Origin: an uncultured virus (IMG/VR IMGVR_UViG_3300049828_000286)
Taxonomy: Duplodnaviria; Heunggongvirae; Uroviricota; Caudoviricetes
Length of the DNA stretch: 64,000 nt
Virus record (IMG/VR): IMGVR_UViG_3300049828_000286
Strand: one strand, 5' to 3'
The notes beneath the pieces are model-generated. The model made no database searches and was not told the DNA's origin. It saw nothing but the letters and a program-made list of their open reading frames with translations. The translations under genes were made by a program, and so were the position numbers. Every line of letters starts with the position of its first letter. Position 1 is the first letter of the stretch. Shown here piece by piece: positions 54,964 through 63,391 of the stretch.

Positions 54964-55704
54964 TCACGTACTAAAACCAGTGTTTTCTGTGTAGTCCCGC
55001 AGAAACGACTTCTTGCCCATGCCATGCGCCAGAACGGCAATGTTCTTGACACCCGGCCTGGCTCCATTACACAGTCGACACTTTGCACAGGTGGTTCGCT
55101 TGCCACCCTCTTCGGTGGCTGGACAGATGATCTCGTCCTTCTGTAGCTCAGCCATACTGCCAATGACCCGGAATGTCCTCCAGCCCTTTGCGTTGGCGAT
55201 GAGCTTGTCTGTTGCCGTCTCCACGCTGGCCATGAGCCACTGTCTGAAGCGCTTGTCGCAGGTTCTCCAGGTATGCGTATACCCGGTCCATCCCTTTGCC
55301 CTGCGTGACAGCTGCGTGAAGACCCGATAGGGCAAGGCGGTAGGCTCTCCATACGCCCCGTGTCGTAGGACATGCTCCCGCATCCCAGGCATGCCCCTCG
55401 CATAGTTGCCACGTCGAAACGCTTCCCAGACTGCACGCGGCCCCTGGAACGGTTTGACATAGCAGATGCGATCCTGCTTCCCGTCTGCCCGAATGGTTGT
55501 CCGCAACGGACAGGAACCACAGATGGCCGCATCAGCCCCATTGACTGACGCGACTGTCGGTTGTACCTCCCGGTGTAGTAACCAGGCTTGCAGCATCGGC
55601 CCTGTTTTCGGGTTTTTGCTTGGTTGGTCGAACCCAGTGACCACGCAAATAATCGGTTCACCGTTGAGTTCGGAGGCTCCGTCGAACACGACGTACCCCT
55701 GCAC
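54964..55704 (-). CDS. Cys-rich protein, possibly a radical-SAM-derived fold
   Basis: NPKTG, ICGSCP...CYV, RHGAYGEP, GYTHTW, MASVE and CPA...CAKCRLC. Confidence 0.55.
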   Translation of the reverse strand: MQGYVVFDGASELNGEPIICVVTGFDQPSKNPKTGPMLQAWLLHREVQPTVASVNGADAAICGSCPLRTTIRADGKQDRICYVKPFQGPRAVWEAFRRGNYARGMPGMREHVLRHGAYGEPTALPYRVFTQLSRRAKGWTGYTHTWRTCDKRFRQWLMASVETATDKLIANAKGWRTFRVIGSMAELQKDEIICPATEEGGKRTTCAKCRLCNGARPGVKNIAVLAHGMGKKSFLRDYTENTGFST

Positions 55705-55719
55705 TGACGCGTACCTCCT

Positions 55720-56040
55720 TTACTCCAGCCTATGTGTCACTACTTTGCCATACATGACGAGATACCCAGAAACAAATGGTTTTGGCTTGCGTCCATCTAG
55801 TAGCATCAGAGTCTTATTGACCCTGTCTTGGTCGAGATCCTCTGAGAGCCTCATCTTCAGCAGTACGTCGTCCCATGACCCGTATGCTGTAAACAGCTCC
55901 ACGGCTGCGTCGTTATTCGGCTGTACGCAAAACACGCCTTCTACTTGACCTTTATTCCATGACCACGCAGATATTTGAATGTCATAGGGTTGAGCGTCCT
56001 GAAGCAAGACAGCGACCTTCTCCTTCTGTGTCAGCTCCAC
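55720..56040 (-). CDS. Hypothetical protein (tagged family)
   Basis: AGGAGG before the GTG at 56040; KEKVAVLLQDAQPY. Confidence 0.55.
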   Translation of the reverse strand: MELTQKEKVAVLLQDAQPYDIQISAWSWNKGQVEGVFCVQPNNDAAVELFTAYGSWDDVLLKMRLSEDLDQDRVNKTLMLLDGRKPKPFVSGYLVMYGKVVTHRLE

Positions 56041-56416
56041 TTGCCCTCCTACGCTTCTCTCGGAATCCACTCAGCCTGACTTCTCTGTTGGCGATCAGCC
56101 ATCCGTTTTGTGGAATGAACCGCTGCTGTTCGACCCTTCTCAGCGTCCTGAGTGTTGTATAGACCTTCAGTGGGTCGAGTTCTGGATCGTCCCGAAATAG
56201 CCTCAGGTAATTCTTAAAGCAGCCGAGCCCCTCTTCGTAGCATTTGACCGTTATCGCGGAGTCACCTTCTTTGTCTACAGACAGATACCAGTGCCGTCGC
56301 CCGGCCCCTGCATGGCCATACCAGTAGAGGTCATACCCTTCCCCTCCTGTCTCGAGAAGATGGGCAATCATGGCCTTCTTGCTAGGCTTCGCTCGCCTCT
56401 TTCCCTCTGTGCTCAC
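55982..56416 (-). CDS. Hypothetical protein (tagged family)
   Basis: AGGAGG before the GTG at 56416; KKAMIAHLLETGGEGY. Confidence 0.55.
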   Translation of the reverse strand: MSTEGKRRAKPSKKAMIAHLLETGGEGYDLYWYGHAGAGRRHWYLSVDKEGDSAITVKCYEEGLGCFKNYLRLFRDDPELDPLKVYTTLRTLRRVEQQRFIPQNGWLIANREVRLSGFREKRRRASGADTEGEGRCLASGRSTL

Positions 56417-56795
56417 GCAACCTCCTGTAACTCTCTGGCCAGCTGCCATTGTGTCCAGGCCGGCTAAACCACTCATGGTTCTCCATGCCCACGATGTAAT
56501 CCTGTGGACTTGGAATGAAGCGGTTTGCAAAGTCCTCCAGGACATGCTGCTCACCGATCAGCTTGACCGGTACAGTCTTGCCATCACTGTTCGTGATCGT
56601 CGTGCCGAACACGCGCTCCAGGATGACGCCGATGAACCAGCTGTTGTGTGTAAGGACACGATGGCGATTGTCAGAGATGGCAATCTTGCTGCTGTCCATC
56701 AGGTCATGGATGGGCAAGTAGTCCTCAGCCTTGCCGCCATACCGCCTGGCCGAACTCACCGCATGATGATAGGGCTTAGACACGTGGCAGCTCAT
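56382..56795 (-). CDS. DUF6915-like conserved phage protein
   Basis: PYHHAVSSARRYGG..EDYLPIH..MDSSK...RHRVLTH...IGEQHVLED. Confidence 0.7.
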   Translation of the reverse strand: MSCHVSKPYHHAVSSARRYGGKAEDYLPIHDLMDSSKIAISDNRHRVLTHNSWFIGVILERVFGTTITNSDGKTVPVKLIGEQHVLEDFANRFIPSPQDYIVGMENHEWFSRPGHNGSWPESYRRLREHRGKEASEA

Positions 56796-57180
56796 TGACC
56801 ACACTGACCTCGTACTGAGTGGCAAAGACCTTGTCGTAAATGCGGTCCCGTACCTCGTCTGGCAGGCTCATAATCAGGTCGCCGACATCCGTGTCTTGCC
56901 CTGCGATGATGCCAGCTGCCACCTTCTCCTTCTCGGTCAGCTCTGTAATGACACATTTCCTCATGTCCTGGTCGTGGCCCCATCCACCCTGGACGGTGTC
57001 GAACCAGACTGACAGATCGTCATCGCCCATCTCGTCGTAGAAATCCCGCGTCTGCTCCGTGACCCACTTTTTAGCTTCTTCCAGTGAGCCTGTCACGAAC
57101 GCGGGAGACATCCCGTCAGAGCTGCTGTACGTTTCGTCGTTGTACTCCCAGCTGGACTGTCCCACCACGTACTGCTTCAT
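56776..57180 (-). CDS. Acidic hypothetical protein
   Basis: ATGA-coupled, with WEYNDE. Confidence 0.6.
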   Translation of the reverse strand: MKQYVVGQSSWEYNDETYSSSDGMSPAFVTGSLEEAKKWVTEQTRDFYDEMGDDDLSVWFDTVQGGWGHDQDMRKCVITELTEKEKVAAGIIAGQDTDVGDLIMSLPDEVRDRIYDKVFATQYEVSVVNELPRV

Positions 57181-57482
57181 ACCTGGTCGGCCTCGATGTG
57201 CTGGTAGTACGCTTCGAGAACAGCAGTACGAAGGGCCGTGTTGGCCTGTGGATTCCCCTGGTCGATGGGTACGAGGTACACGTACTTCTGGTCCTCGCCA
57301 TCCTTGTCCTTGTAGCGGCGGTCAGGGAAGTCTACGAATGGCTCCTTGCCGTCGATCTTGGACTTCCAGATGCTGATACCGCGAAGCTTGAGGCCATCCA
57401 GTGTGCCCTTCTCGAACCAGATTTCCGCCTCGGCAAGCTTGCTCTCTGGACGGCGAGTGTTCTTAATGATACGGATACGCAT
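57177..57482 (-). CDS. SpoVG-like nucleic-acid-binding protein
   Basis: LRGISIW...FVDFPDRRY...LRTAVLEAY, with an AGGAG RBS. Confidence 0.7.
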   Translation of the reverse strand: MRIRIIKNTRRPESKLAEAEIWFEKGTLDGLKLRGISIWKSKIDGKEPFVDFPDRRYKDKDGEDQKYVYLVPIDQGNPQANTALRTAVLEAYYQHIEADQV

Positions 57483-57511
57483 AGATACTCCTGTTTTGTG
57501 TGTGACTTGGG

Positions 57512-57667
57512 TTAAAACAACTGGCCCGCGATGAGCCGACTCGTCTTGATTTTCAGCAGAATGCGCTGAAGCAGGCTCAGCCCGTGCAGTCGCTCTTCTT
57601 TGAGGGACTTGGCAATCGCATCTCTCATCGTGACGCGTGTGCTCTTGCCATCAGAATAGAACATCAT
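57512..57667 (-). CDS. Small hypothetical protein
   Basis: ATG at 57667 coupled to a 40-aa ORF at 57664-57786. Confidence 0.45.
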   Translation of the reverse strand: MMFYSDGKSTRVTMRDAIAKSLKEERLHGLSLLQRILLKIKTSRLIAGQLF

Positions 57668-57778
57668 GCGTAGTACTCTATGATCGCCATGGTCCATTCA
57701 CGTGACTCTTTCTGGTACTCCAGGTCATCCGTGATTCGCTGGATAACCTCAAGGATGCTCTCGATGGTGGCATCCATC

Positions 57779-58195
57779 TCAGTCATGCTCGTATTCCTTT
57801 ACTTCTGTTCGACCATCGGCGTACACAACAACCTTCGCGTGATCGCCAAAGGTCTCATGGAAGAAGTCTTCATCGAATCCATCGAGAAACGCACTCAGCT
57901 TGCTCTCGAGTAGCTCGTGGCCACCGTATCCAAGTTCCTCGTCGATGCCACGTTCATCGTCCTCTCCGTCAAACCGTGCGAATGGATAGGACGTGTTTAC
58001 GCCAAACTCGCACGGATCTCCGTCGTTGAAGTAGGGCGTGTATTGTGTCCATCCGAAGTACAGCAGCGTCGGAAACTCCTCGAAGATTTTCTTCGCTGTC
58101 TCAGTAAACATGCTCTCCATGAGAGTGTTCTTTTCTGCCGACAAATCGGAGATCTTCTGAATGATCTCGAGGATCCTCTTGTTCGTATCGTTCAT
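57779..58195 (-). CDS. Conserved-looking acidic phage protein
   Basis: FGWTQYTPYFNDGDPCEF...FGDH...EYEHD. Confidence 0.7.
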   Translation of the reverse strand: MNDTNKRILEIIQKISDLSAEKNTLMESMFTETAKKIFEEFPTLLYFGWTQYTPYFNDGDPCEFGVNTSYPFARFDGEDDERGIDEELGYGGHELLESKLSAFLDGFDEDFFHETFGDHAKVVVYADGRTEVKEYEHD

Positions 58196-58364
58196 GATTG
58201 CTCCAGGACGAGAACGGGCATTCCCTGATGCCTTAGGTGTTCAATGATGCGTCGAGCTGACGTGTCACACGCACGCACACAGTAGTGTCCAAGCCAGTGT
58301 GCGTCCAGTGGATCAAATGGCCAGTGCCGACAGTAGATGAACCAGGTCCGGTCACGCTTCCAGG

Positions 58365-58661
58365 CTACGGCACCGTGGCAGTGTCGATGTCCTCCATGAA
58401 CGCATTCAGGAAGCCGACGATCTCGCGGAACTGTTGCGCACTGAGCTGTGATGCCGACCCGGCGATCCTGATGTCCACTTGATCGAGGTCCCATGACAGG
58501 CCATACGAAACGCTCAGTAGCCATTTGCGATTTCTCTCATTCGCGATGTCAAACCGGAGACGACTACTACTCGTGTCTTTCTGGATGCACAGGGACATTC
58601 CATGACTGATGCCCGTCGAGACTATCGCCTTATCGCTGTTCTTCGTGTTCATCCTTGACAC
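58365..58661 (-). CDS. Hypothetical protein
   Basis: 98-aa ORF, with a competing overlapping frame at 58192-58524. Confidence 0.4.
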   Translation of the reverse strand: MSRMNTKNSDKAIVSTGISHGMSLCIQKDTSSSRLRFDIANERNRKWLLSVSYGLSWDLDQVDIRIAGSASQLSAQQFREIVGFLNAFMEDIDTATVP

Positions 58662-58780
58662 GCCTCTTATGTTTAGACCGTCTACCGTCCCTGTCCTTCT
58701 CTGTCCGATGTGGCCGTGTGGGCTTTGGCACTGGTACGCGCGGCAGCCAGCGCTTCTTCTTATCCTTCGTAGGTTCTTGT

Positions 58781-59023
58781 TTATATTCTGCGGATCTCAT
58801 CAGCGGTAAGCAACATGCGATAGTCATTTCGGTCAATGGCCCACTTGTACATTTGTGTAAGGGTCATCCAGTGATCATCACTCATGTGGTACCCGTGATA
58901 GTGGCCCGTAACACGAATCACGTAGCCACTGGATAGCCTGGCGTACTTATAGGGCTCCTCTCCAGAGAGTTTGGCCGCAATGAGCAGCTTGTCAATCTTA
59001 CCCAGTTGCTCGGCTACGGCCAT
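58781..59023 (-). CDS. Hypothetical protein (tagged family)
   Basis: DKLLIAAKLSGEEPY. Confidence 0.6.
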   Translation of the reverse strand: MAVAEQLGKIDKLLIAAKLSGEEPYKYARLSSGYVIRVTGHYHGYHMSDDHWMTLTQMYKWAIDRNDYRMLLTADEIRRI

Positions 59024-59474
59024 GTTGCCGTCTCTCCTTTGCGCGCTCTCGGAGACCTTCCTCACTATACTTAAGGCTCTTTTGCGCTATCCCTGCCCAG
59101 ACAATCGTGCGTCCAGACCAATACCGCTTTGAGATGGTTCGATGCCTCAGTTCCATCCATAATCGGTACGCGTGCGAGACGTGATTGGCCATCTTCATGT
59201 TATTGACCAAGTTCATGGTCGCTTCCTGAAACGATGTACCACATCCTACGCCGAGTTCAGTGAGTGAATAACCTGCACCGAAATTACCTTTCCTCAGCTG
59301 CGCTGTCATGGTAAATCGGGTGTAGGTCTTTCTGGAGCCATCCCACTTAGGATAGTCGGCGTCAAGTCTGACGCACACCTCGGAGGGGATGTTCTCGAGA
59401 TGCACGACCGTCACTTCCTTTGGCGTGAACATCTGCGATGCGCTTGAATTTTCCTTTTCTGATGTTGTTTCCAT
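58998..59474 (-). CDS. Hypothetical protein
   Basis: 158-aa ORF. Confidence 0.5.
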   Translation of the reverse strand: METTSEKENSSASQMFTPKEVTVVHLENIPSEVCVRLDADYPKWDGSRKTYTRFTMTAQLRKGNFGAGYSLTELGVGCGTSFQEATMNLVNNMKMANHVSHAYRLWMELRHRTISKRYWSGRTIVWAGIAQKSLKYSEEGLRERAKERRQHGRSRATG

Positions 59475-59763
59475 AGTTGAGCACGCCTTCTCTGATTTCT
59501 GTACGAGGCCGATAGCCGCAAAACGTGAGCCACGTCATCGCAGCTCTCGCTCTGTCATGTTTAGCCAATATTGCTAGCAGCCTGGACATGTCATCCTGCC
59601 ACGTCACTAGACTCCATGTGACGATGGCCTCTAGTAGGCATCCATCGACGGACACGTAGAGCTTTCTGACCGTGGAGCTGTCGTAGTAGTGAACCGTGAA
59701 GGCCCTTGCGCCTAAGAGCTTAGCCGCGACGATGTCCTTATCGCTAAAGACCACTAAGGACAT
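59362..59763 (-). CDS. Hypothetical protein (tagged family)
   Basis: DKDIVAAKLLGARAF. Confidence 0.55.
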   Translation of the reverse strand: MSLVVFSDKDIVAAKLLGARAFTVHYYDSSTVRKLYVSVDGCLLEAIVTWSLVTWQDDMSRLLAILAKHDRARAAMTWLTFCGYRPRTEIREGVLNYGNNIRKGKFKRIADVHAKGSDGRASREHPLRGVRQT

Positions 59764-60340
59764 CGGCTACCTCGTCATAGTGAACTGGCCGGAAGTCCCA
59801 GACATCCACGCCGACATTGAGCATGCGGCCATTCGTCTTCCAGGCCTCGTGAACATGGCCATGAATGAGCAGCCCACCGCTGTCCACTGGCCTGTACGGC
59901 GAGAGCTTCTCTTCTCGGCCATCGACGTGATCGCCGTGGTATGGCAGATGACACAGCCGTACAGCTTCCGTCTTGCCATGGAGGTGAAAGAGCAGCGTAT
60001 CCGTCTCGTGAATGCTCTTGAAGTACTTCAGGTACTCCTGCTCCCAATGCTCTCGCATACCTGGACGCTTGTGGTGATAACAGCGATGCGTCCTGTCGTG
60101 GTTGCCGTCGATGAGATACTTCTGGCCGTTCAGCCTGTCCATGATAGGCAGGCTTTTGGCAATCTCACCCATGGCCACGTCGCCAAGGACCGTTACGAAG
60201 TCATTGGGCCGCACGACCGCGTTCCAGTTGTCCACGATGGCCTCTGTCATGTGGTCAAGGTCTGTGAATGGCCGTTTGGATAGCTCGATGATGCGGGCAT
60301 GGCCTAGGTGAAGGTCGGCCGTGAACCAGGAATTGCTCAT
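59744..60340 (-). CDS. Calcineurin-like metallophosphoesterase
   Basis: DLHLGH, LGDV, GNHD, CHLP, HGHVH and NVGVD motifs. Confidence 0.9.
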   Translation of the reverse strand: MSNSWFTADLHLGHARIIELSKRPFTDLDHMTEAIVDNWNAVVRPNDFVTVLGDVAMGEIAKSLPIMDRLNGQKYLIDGNHDRTHRCYHHKRPGMREHWEQEYLKYFKSIHETDTLLFHLHGKTEAVRLCHLPYHGDHVDGREEKLSPYRPVDSGGLLIHGHVHEAWKTNGRMLNVGVDVWDFRPVHYDEVADVLSGL

Positions 60341-60657
60341 TGGATTTCTACCAGCTCCCATCGTGGTCCTGGCTTCTTGACCCCAGCAACGACTTCATCG
60401 AACGTGTACCCTGAAATGCGCCTAACCATGAAGCCGGTTTTATTCCCACTCACAATTTCTTGGGCTCCAGTCGCAGCCACATCAGCCAGTATGTCTGCGG
60501 TCACCTTTTCAGCAGTCAAGTTCTCGATCTTGCGAGCGTGCTTCGCCTGCAGAGCAAGGACTTTTGCTGAGGCAACATCAGGCGCGACGACCCAGCACCC
60601 ACAGTGCGCCTTGTTGTGAACTCGAAAGATATCCATGCCAGAGGATCCCGTGCTCAT
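60337..60657 (-). CDS. Hypothetical protein flanked by 16-bp direct repeats
   Basis: ATGA-coupled at both ends. Confidence 0.6.
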   Translation of the reverse strand: MSTGSSGMDIFRVHNKAHCGCWVVAPDVASAKVLALQAKHARKIENLTAEKVTADILADVAATGAQEIVSGNKTGFMVRRISGYTFDEVVAGVKKPGPRWELVEIQ

Positions 60658-61073
60658 TGGATTTCTCCTACTGGGTTGTCCGGGAACGTCGCATGGCGAA
60701 TAAGCGTGTATGCCATAGCAAACTCACACTCATACTTCCGCCATCGATCCGGATCTAAGCCAAGATCTCCGGCTGTCTCGTCTCGATAGATGCCTTGCTG
60801 CGCGAATCGCATTCGCTCGATACATGCAGCCATCATCTCCAACCTTGCGTTCTCTGGCCTGTGCCGTGGCTGGATACTCCCGACCATGAAATCAGGGCCG
60901 TATATCCAGTCCCGCTCGCCAAAGTAGAAATAAGCCCTCCAGCACGGAGTGAAGACTTGTGATCTGGTACACAGAGACAGCCTCACGAGCTTTACCTCGC
61001 ACCCATAGAGCAGTGCTCCAGCCATACCATGACGGGCGATCTGTTCGTGTGACGCTGTATGAAGGTCTAGCAT
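60654..61073 (-). CDS. Hypothetical protein (weak member of the tagged family)
   Basis: RHGMAGALLYG. Confidence 0.5.
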   Translation of the reverse strand: MLDLHTASHEQIARHGMAGALLYGCEVKLVRLSLCTRSQVFTPCWRAYFYFGERDWIYGPDFMVGSIQPRHRPENARLEMMAACIERMRFAQQGIYRDETAGDLGLDPDRWRKYECEFAMAYTLIRHATFPDNPVGEIQ

Positions 61074-61092
61074 ACCATGGAGCTTAATGCGA

Positions 61093-61782
61093 CTATGATG
61101 TTTTTGGGCCGTACATGAGCCAGAACAGTGTGCTCAACGCGCTATTGATGGAGGCCGTCTTTGCCTTGATGTCAATGCCCCCACTGTGAAGCGTGCATGT
61201 TACGTTGTTGTAGTCAGTGGTGAAGTTGAAATCAAACGTCCCTCCACGAGCGACACTCATCGCGAGCTGGTCAGGTGTTTTCTCGACGTTCTGTCGGTTC
61301 ACCCTCATGCCATATAATCGGGCCGAGGCATTTTGTCCCAGAGCCGATGGAACGAGGGCACACAGCGCGTCCATTTGTTGGCGAATGTTTCGCTGCGCAC
61401 TGCTGTCCTTGTCGCGTGCTGATAGCAGCGTTTGCCACAAATCACGGCTACTGGTGATGAATTCCTGCATCCGCTTGACCTGTGTCGCTGTCTTGTAGTG
61501 CCTGAACACCTCGATGCTCCTGTGGCCATCTTCCCCAGATATTCGATAGTTATGCGGGATGTACGTATGCAACGGGGCCTGGAGGTTCGATAGCGCTACC
61601 TTGAGATGACGGCCTTCTCGTCGCTGAACCTGATACACAGGCTGATCCTCGACTGGCCTGTCAGGGAAAGCTGTGGGATCGCGATACTCCGAGTACTCCC
61701 ACGATGACACACCGACATCAGGCGCAGGGAGTTCGGTCCATCCGAGCGCCTGTACCAACATGGCAAGCTGTGCTTGTGTCAT
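61093..61782 (-). CDS. Hypothetical protein
   Basis: GGAG RBS; 229 aa. Confidence 0.6.
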   Translation of the reverse strand: MTQAQLAMLVQALGWTELPAPDVGVSSWEYSEYRDPTAFPDRPVEDQPVYQVQRREGRHLKVALSNLQAPLHTYIPHNYRISGEDGHRSIEVFRHYKTATQVKRMQEFITSSRDLWQTLLSARDKDSSAQRNIRQQMDALCALVPSALGQNASARLYGMRVNRQNVEKTPDQLAMSVARGGTFDFNFTTDYNNVTCTLHSGGIDIKAKTASINSALSTLFWLMYGPKTS

Positions 61783-61850
61783 GACATCTCCAATCCAAGC
61801 GGCCTCTGTACCAGCCGATCATTGTCCACGAGTTGTATGCATTGGCCTCG

Positions 61851-62111
61851 TCAGCCGTTCTCCTCGCGGTTAATGGCCAAGACCGTTATGGCCATGCGAA
61901 CATCCTGGTCTTTCACAGCAAGAGCCCTAAGCATGCTGGCCGTGAATTGCAAGCGACGATTATAGCCAGTTAACCATCCCTCGCGTCGACCCTTCAGCAC
62001 ACACCAGCTGCGTTTTATTGGCCGTCTACACAACACACCAGCTGGCCTATAGACGTAAGGCTTAGCCTGCTGTAGTCTGGCCGCCACTACCAGTCGCTCG
62101 AATGTCGTCAT
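61851..62111 (-). CDS. Hypothetical protein (tagged family)
   Basis: ERLVVAARLQQAKPY. Confidence 0.6.
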   Translation of the reverse strand: MTTFERLVVAARLQQAKPYVYRPAGVLCRRPIKRSWCVLKGRREGWLTGYNRRLQFTASMLRALAVKDQDVRMAITVLAINREENG

Positions 62112-62299
62112 AGCCCTAATGGCCTCTGTACCAGTTGATCATTGTTCACACTCCTGAGAACGAACGACTGCTTGATCCCGAGGTCAGGCTGGTCCTTGAC
62201 GATACGTTCTGCTGAGGGCCTGTCACCACAGCAGGCCACGAATCGGCCATCGCTGTCTGTGATAACAAACATGACATCATTAGCCCTGATGCGTGTCAC
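62108..62299 (-). CDS. Hypothetical protein
   Basis: GTGA/ATGA-coupled 63-aa ORF. Confidence 0.55.
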   Translation of the reverse strand: MTRIRANDVMFVITDSDGRFVACCGDRPSAERIVKDQPDLGIKQSFVLRSVNNDQLVQRPLGL

Positions 62300-62730
62300 G
62301 CAACCAGTTTTCGTCGCATGTGGAACTCACCTTGCCATGGCTCCCACCTAGCTCGCATCCTGGCCAGTGTGGCCAACGGGACATGGTGCAGGTTGCTGAC
62401 GTACAGCTCGTAGTCCGTCATGCCCCCATCGAACAGGCTGATGACCTTGACCGGGATGCCCATGCTCCATGCCATCTCGAGGTACGGCTTCATCTCCTGA
62501 ACCGTCGTGAACGTGTTGGCTACCACGACATTCTGGCCTTCCTTGAGGGCATCCTCTGTCTCTCGCTGGCATTGCTGATGACAAAAGGCCAACTTGGCAG
62601 GGTCGAACAGATAGCGACCCTGGCCATCATGCATGTACATGTCAGCCTCGATATGGAAGCTGCCAGTAAACAGGTTGACCGCCGTGTACGACTTGCCAGC
62701 ACCTGGCAAGCCTCGCAGTAGGACCAGCAT
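62296..62730 (-). CDS. P-loop kinase (AAA_33 / polynucleotide kinase-like)
   Basis: LLRGLPGAGKS, EADMY, VVVANTF and HHVPLATLARMRARWE. Confidence 0.8.
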   Translation of the reverse strand: MLVLLRGLPGAGKSYTAVNLFTGSFHIEADMYMHDGQGRYLFDPAKLAFCHQQCQRETEDALKEGQNVVVANTFTTVQEMKPYLEMAWSMGIPVKVISLFDGGMTDYELYVSNLHHVPLATLARMRARWEPWQGEFHMRRKLVA

Positions 62731-62744
62731 ATTAGAACGCCAGG

Positions 62745-63179
62745 TCACTTCTTTACCTTCCTTTTTAGGTGACTCTTCCAACGTCGCATGTGGACCATGG
62801 CAGCTGCGACCAGTTCAAGGTTGTTGGGCTCGTCAGACACTGCCCGCATAGCATCAGAGAACCTGTCGCGCTGGTACTTTTCCTTGTCCCACTCCTTATG
62901 TAGCTTCTGGATGAGTGTCTGAGCCTGATGTTCCTCTTCTAGGGTAAGGTCCGAATAACCCTTTGCCTCTGAGACGTGTCGATTCAGGATGGGCAGTACA
63001 AGATCACGAGCCTTTCCGGTCAGCTCATCGTTAATATTGCCAGTTGCCACCATGTCCCTGAACTCTTCCCCGATGCTAGAGGCATAGACGGCGGGTATTG
63101 CTTCATCGAAGAAGCGAAAACGCTGCTCTAATGTCAGGCACCCCAGCCGAAATCTAAACAGGCTGATATCGTCTGACAC
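62745..63179 (-). CDS. Hypothetical helical protein
   Basis: 144-aa ORF. Confidence 0.55.
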   Translation of the reverse strand: MSDDISLFRFRLGCLTLEQRFRFFDEAIPAVYASSIGEEFRDMVATGNINDELTGKARDLVLPILNRHVSEAKGYSDLTLEEEHQAQTLIQKLHKEWDKEKYQRDRFSDAMRAVSDEPNNLELVAAAMVHMRRWKSHLKRKVKK

Positions 63180-63353
63180 CTAGGCGACCTTCCGGTTGAG
63201 ACGGCTGAAAGCCTTCCGCTGCTGGCGGGTCGCCTTCTTGCCGTTGAGGCCGAAGTGGGCCTGAATGGCCGCGTGTCGTTCCAGGCACTTCTTGCCCCAG
63301 GACGATCCGTTCATGCCGGGGAACTCGCTCTTCTTGATGCTGCGAACGCTCAT
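63180..63353 (-). CDS. Small basic protein
   Basis: AGGAG RBS before the ATG at 63353; Lys/Arg-rich. Confidence 0.6.
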   Translation of the reverse strand: MSVRSIKKSEFPGMNGSSWGKKCLERHAAIQAHFGLNGKKATRQQRKAFSRLNRKVA

Positions 63354-63391
63354 AGTGGTATTACTCCTGTATTGTGTGTATTTCTCGTGAA

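Noticed and set aside
54942..55661. 239-aa alternative-frame ORF over the Cys-rich gene
   Set aside because: It is a same-strand overlap with a motif-bearing gene and has low-complexity composition.
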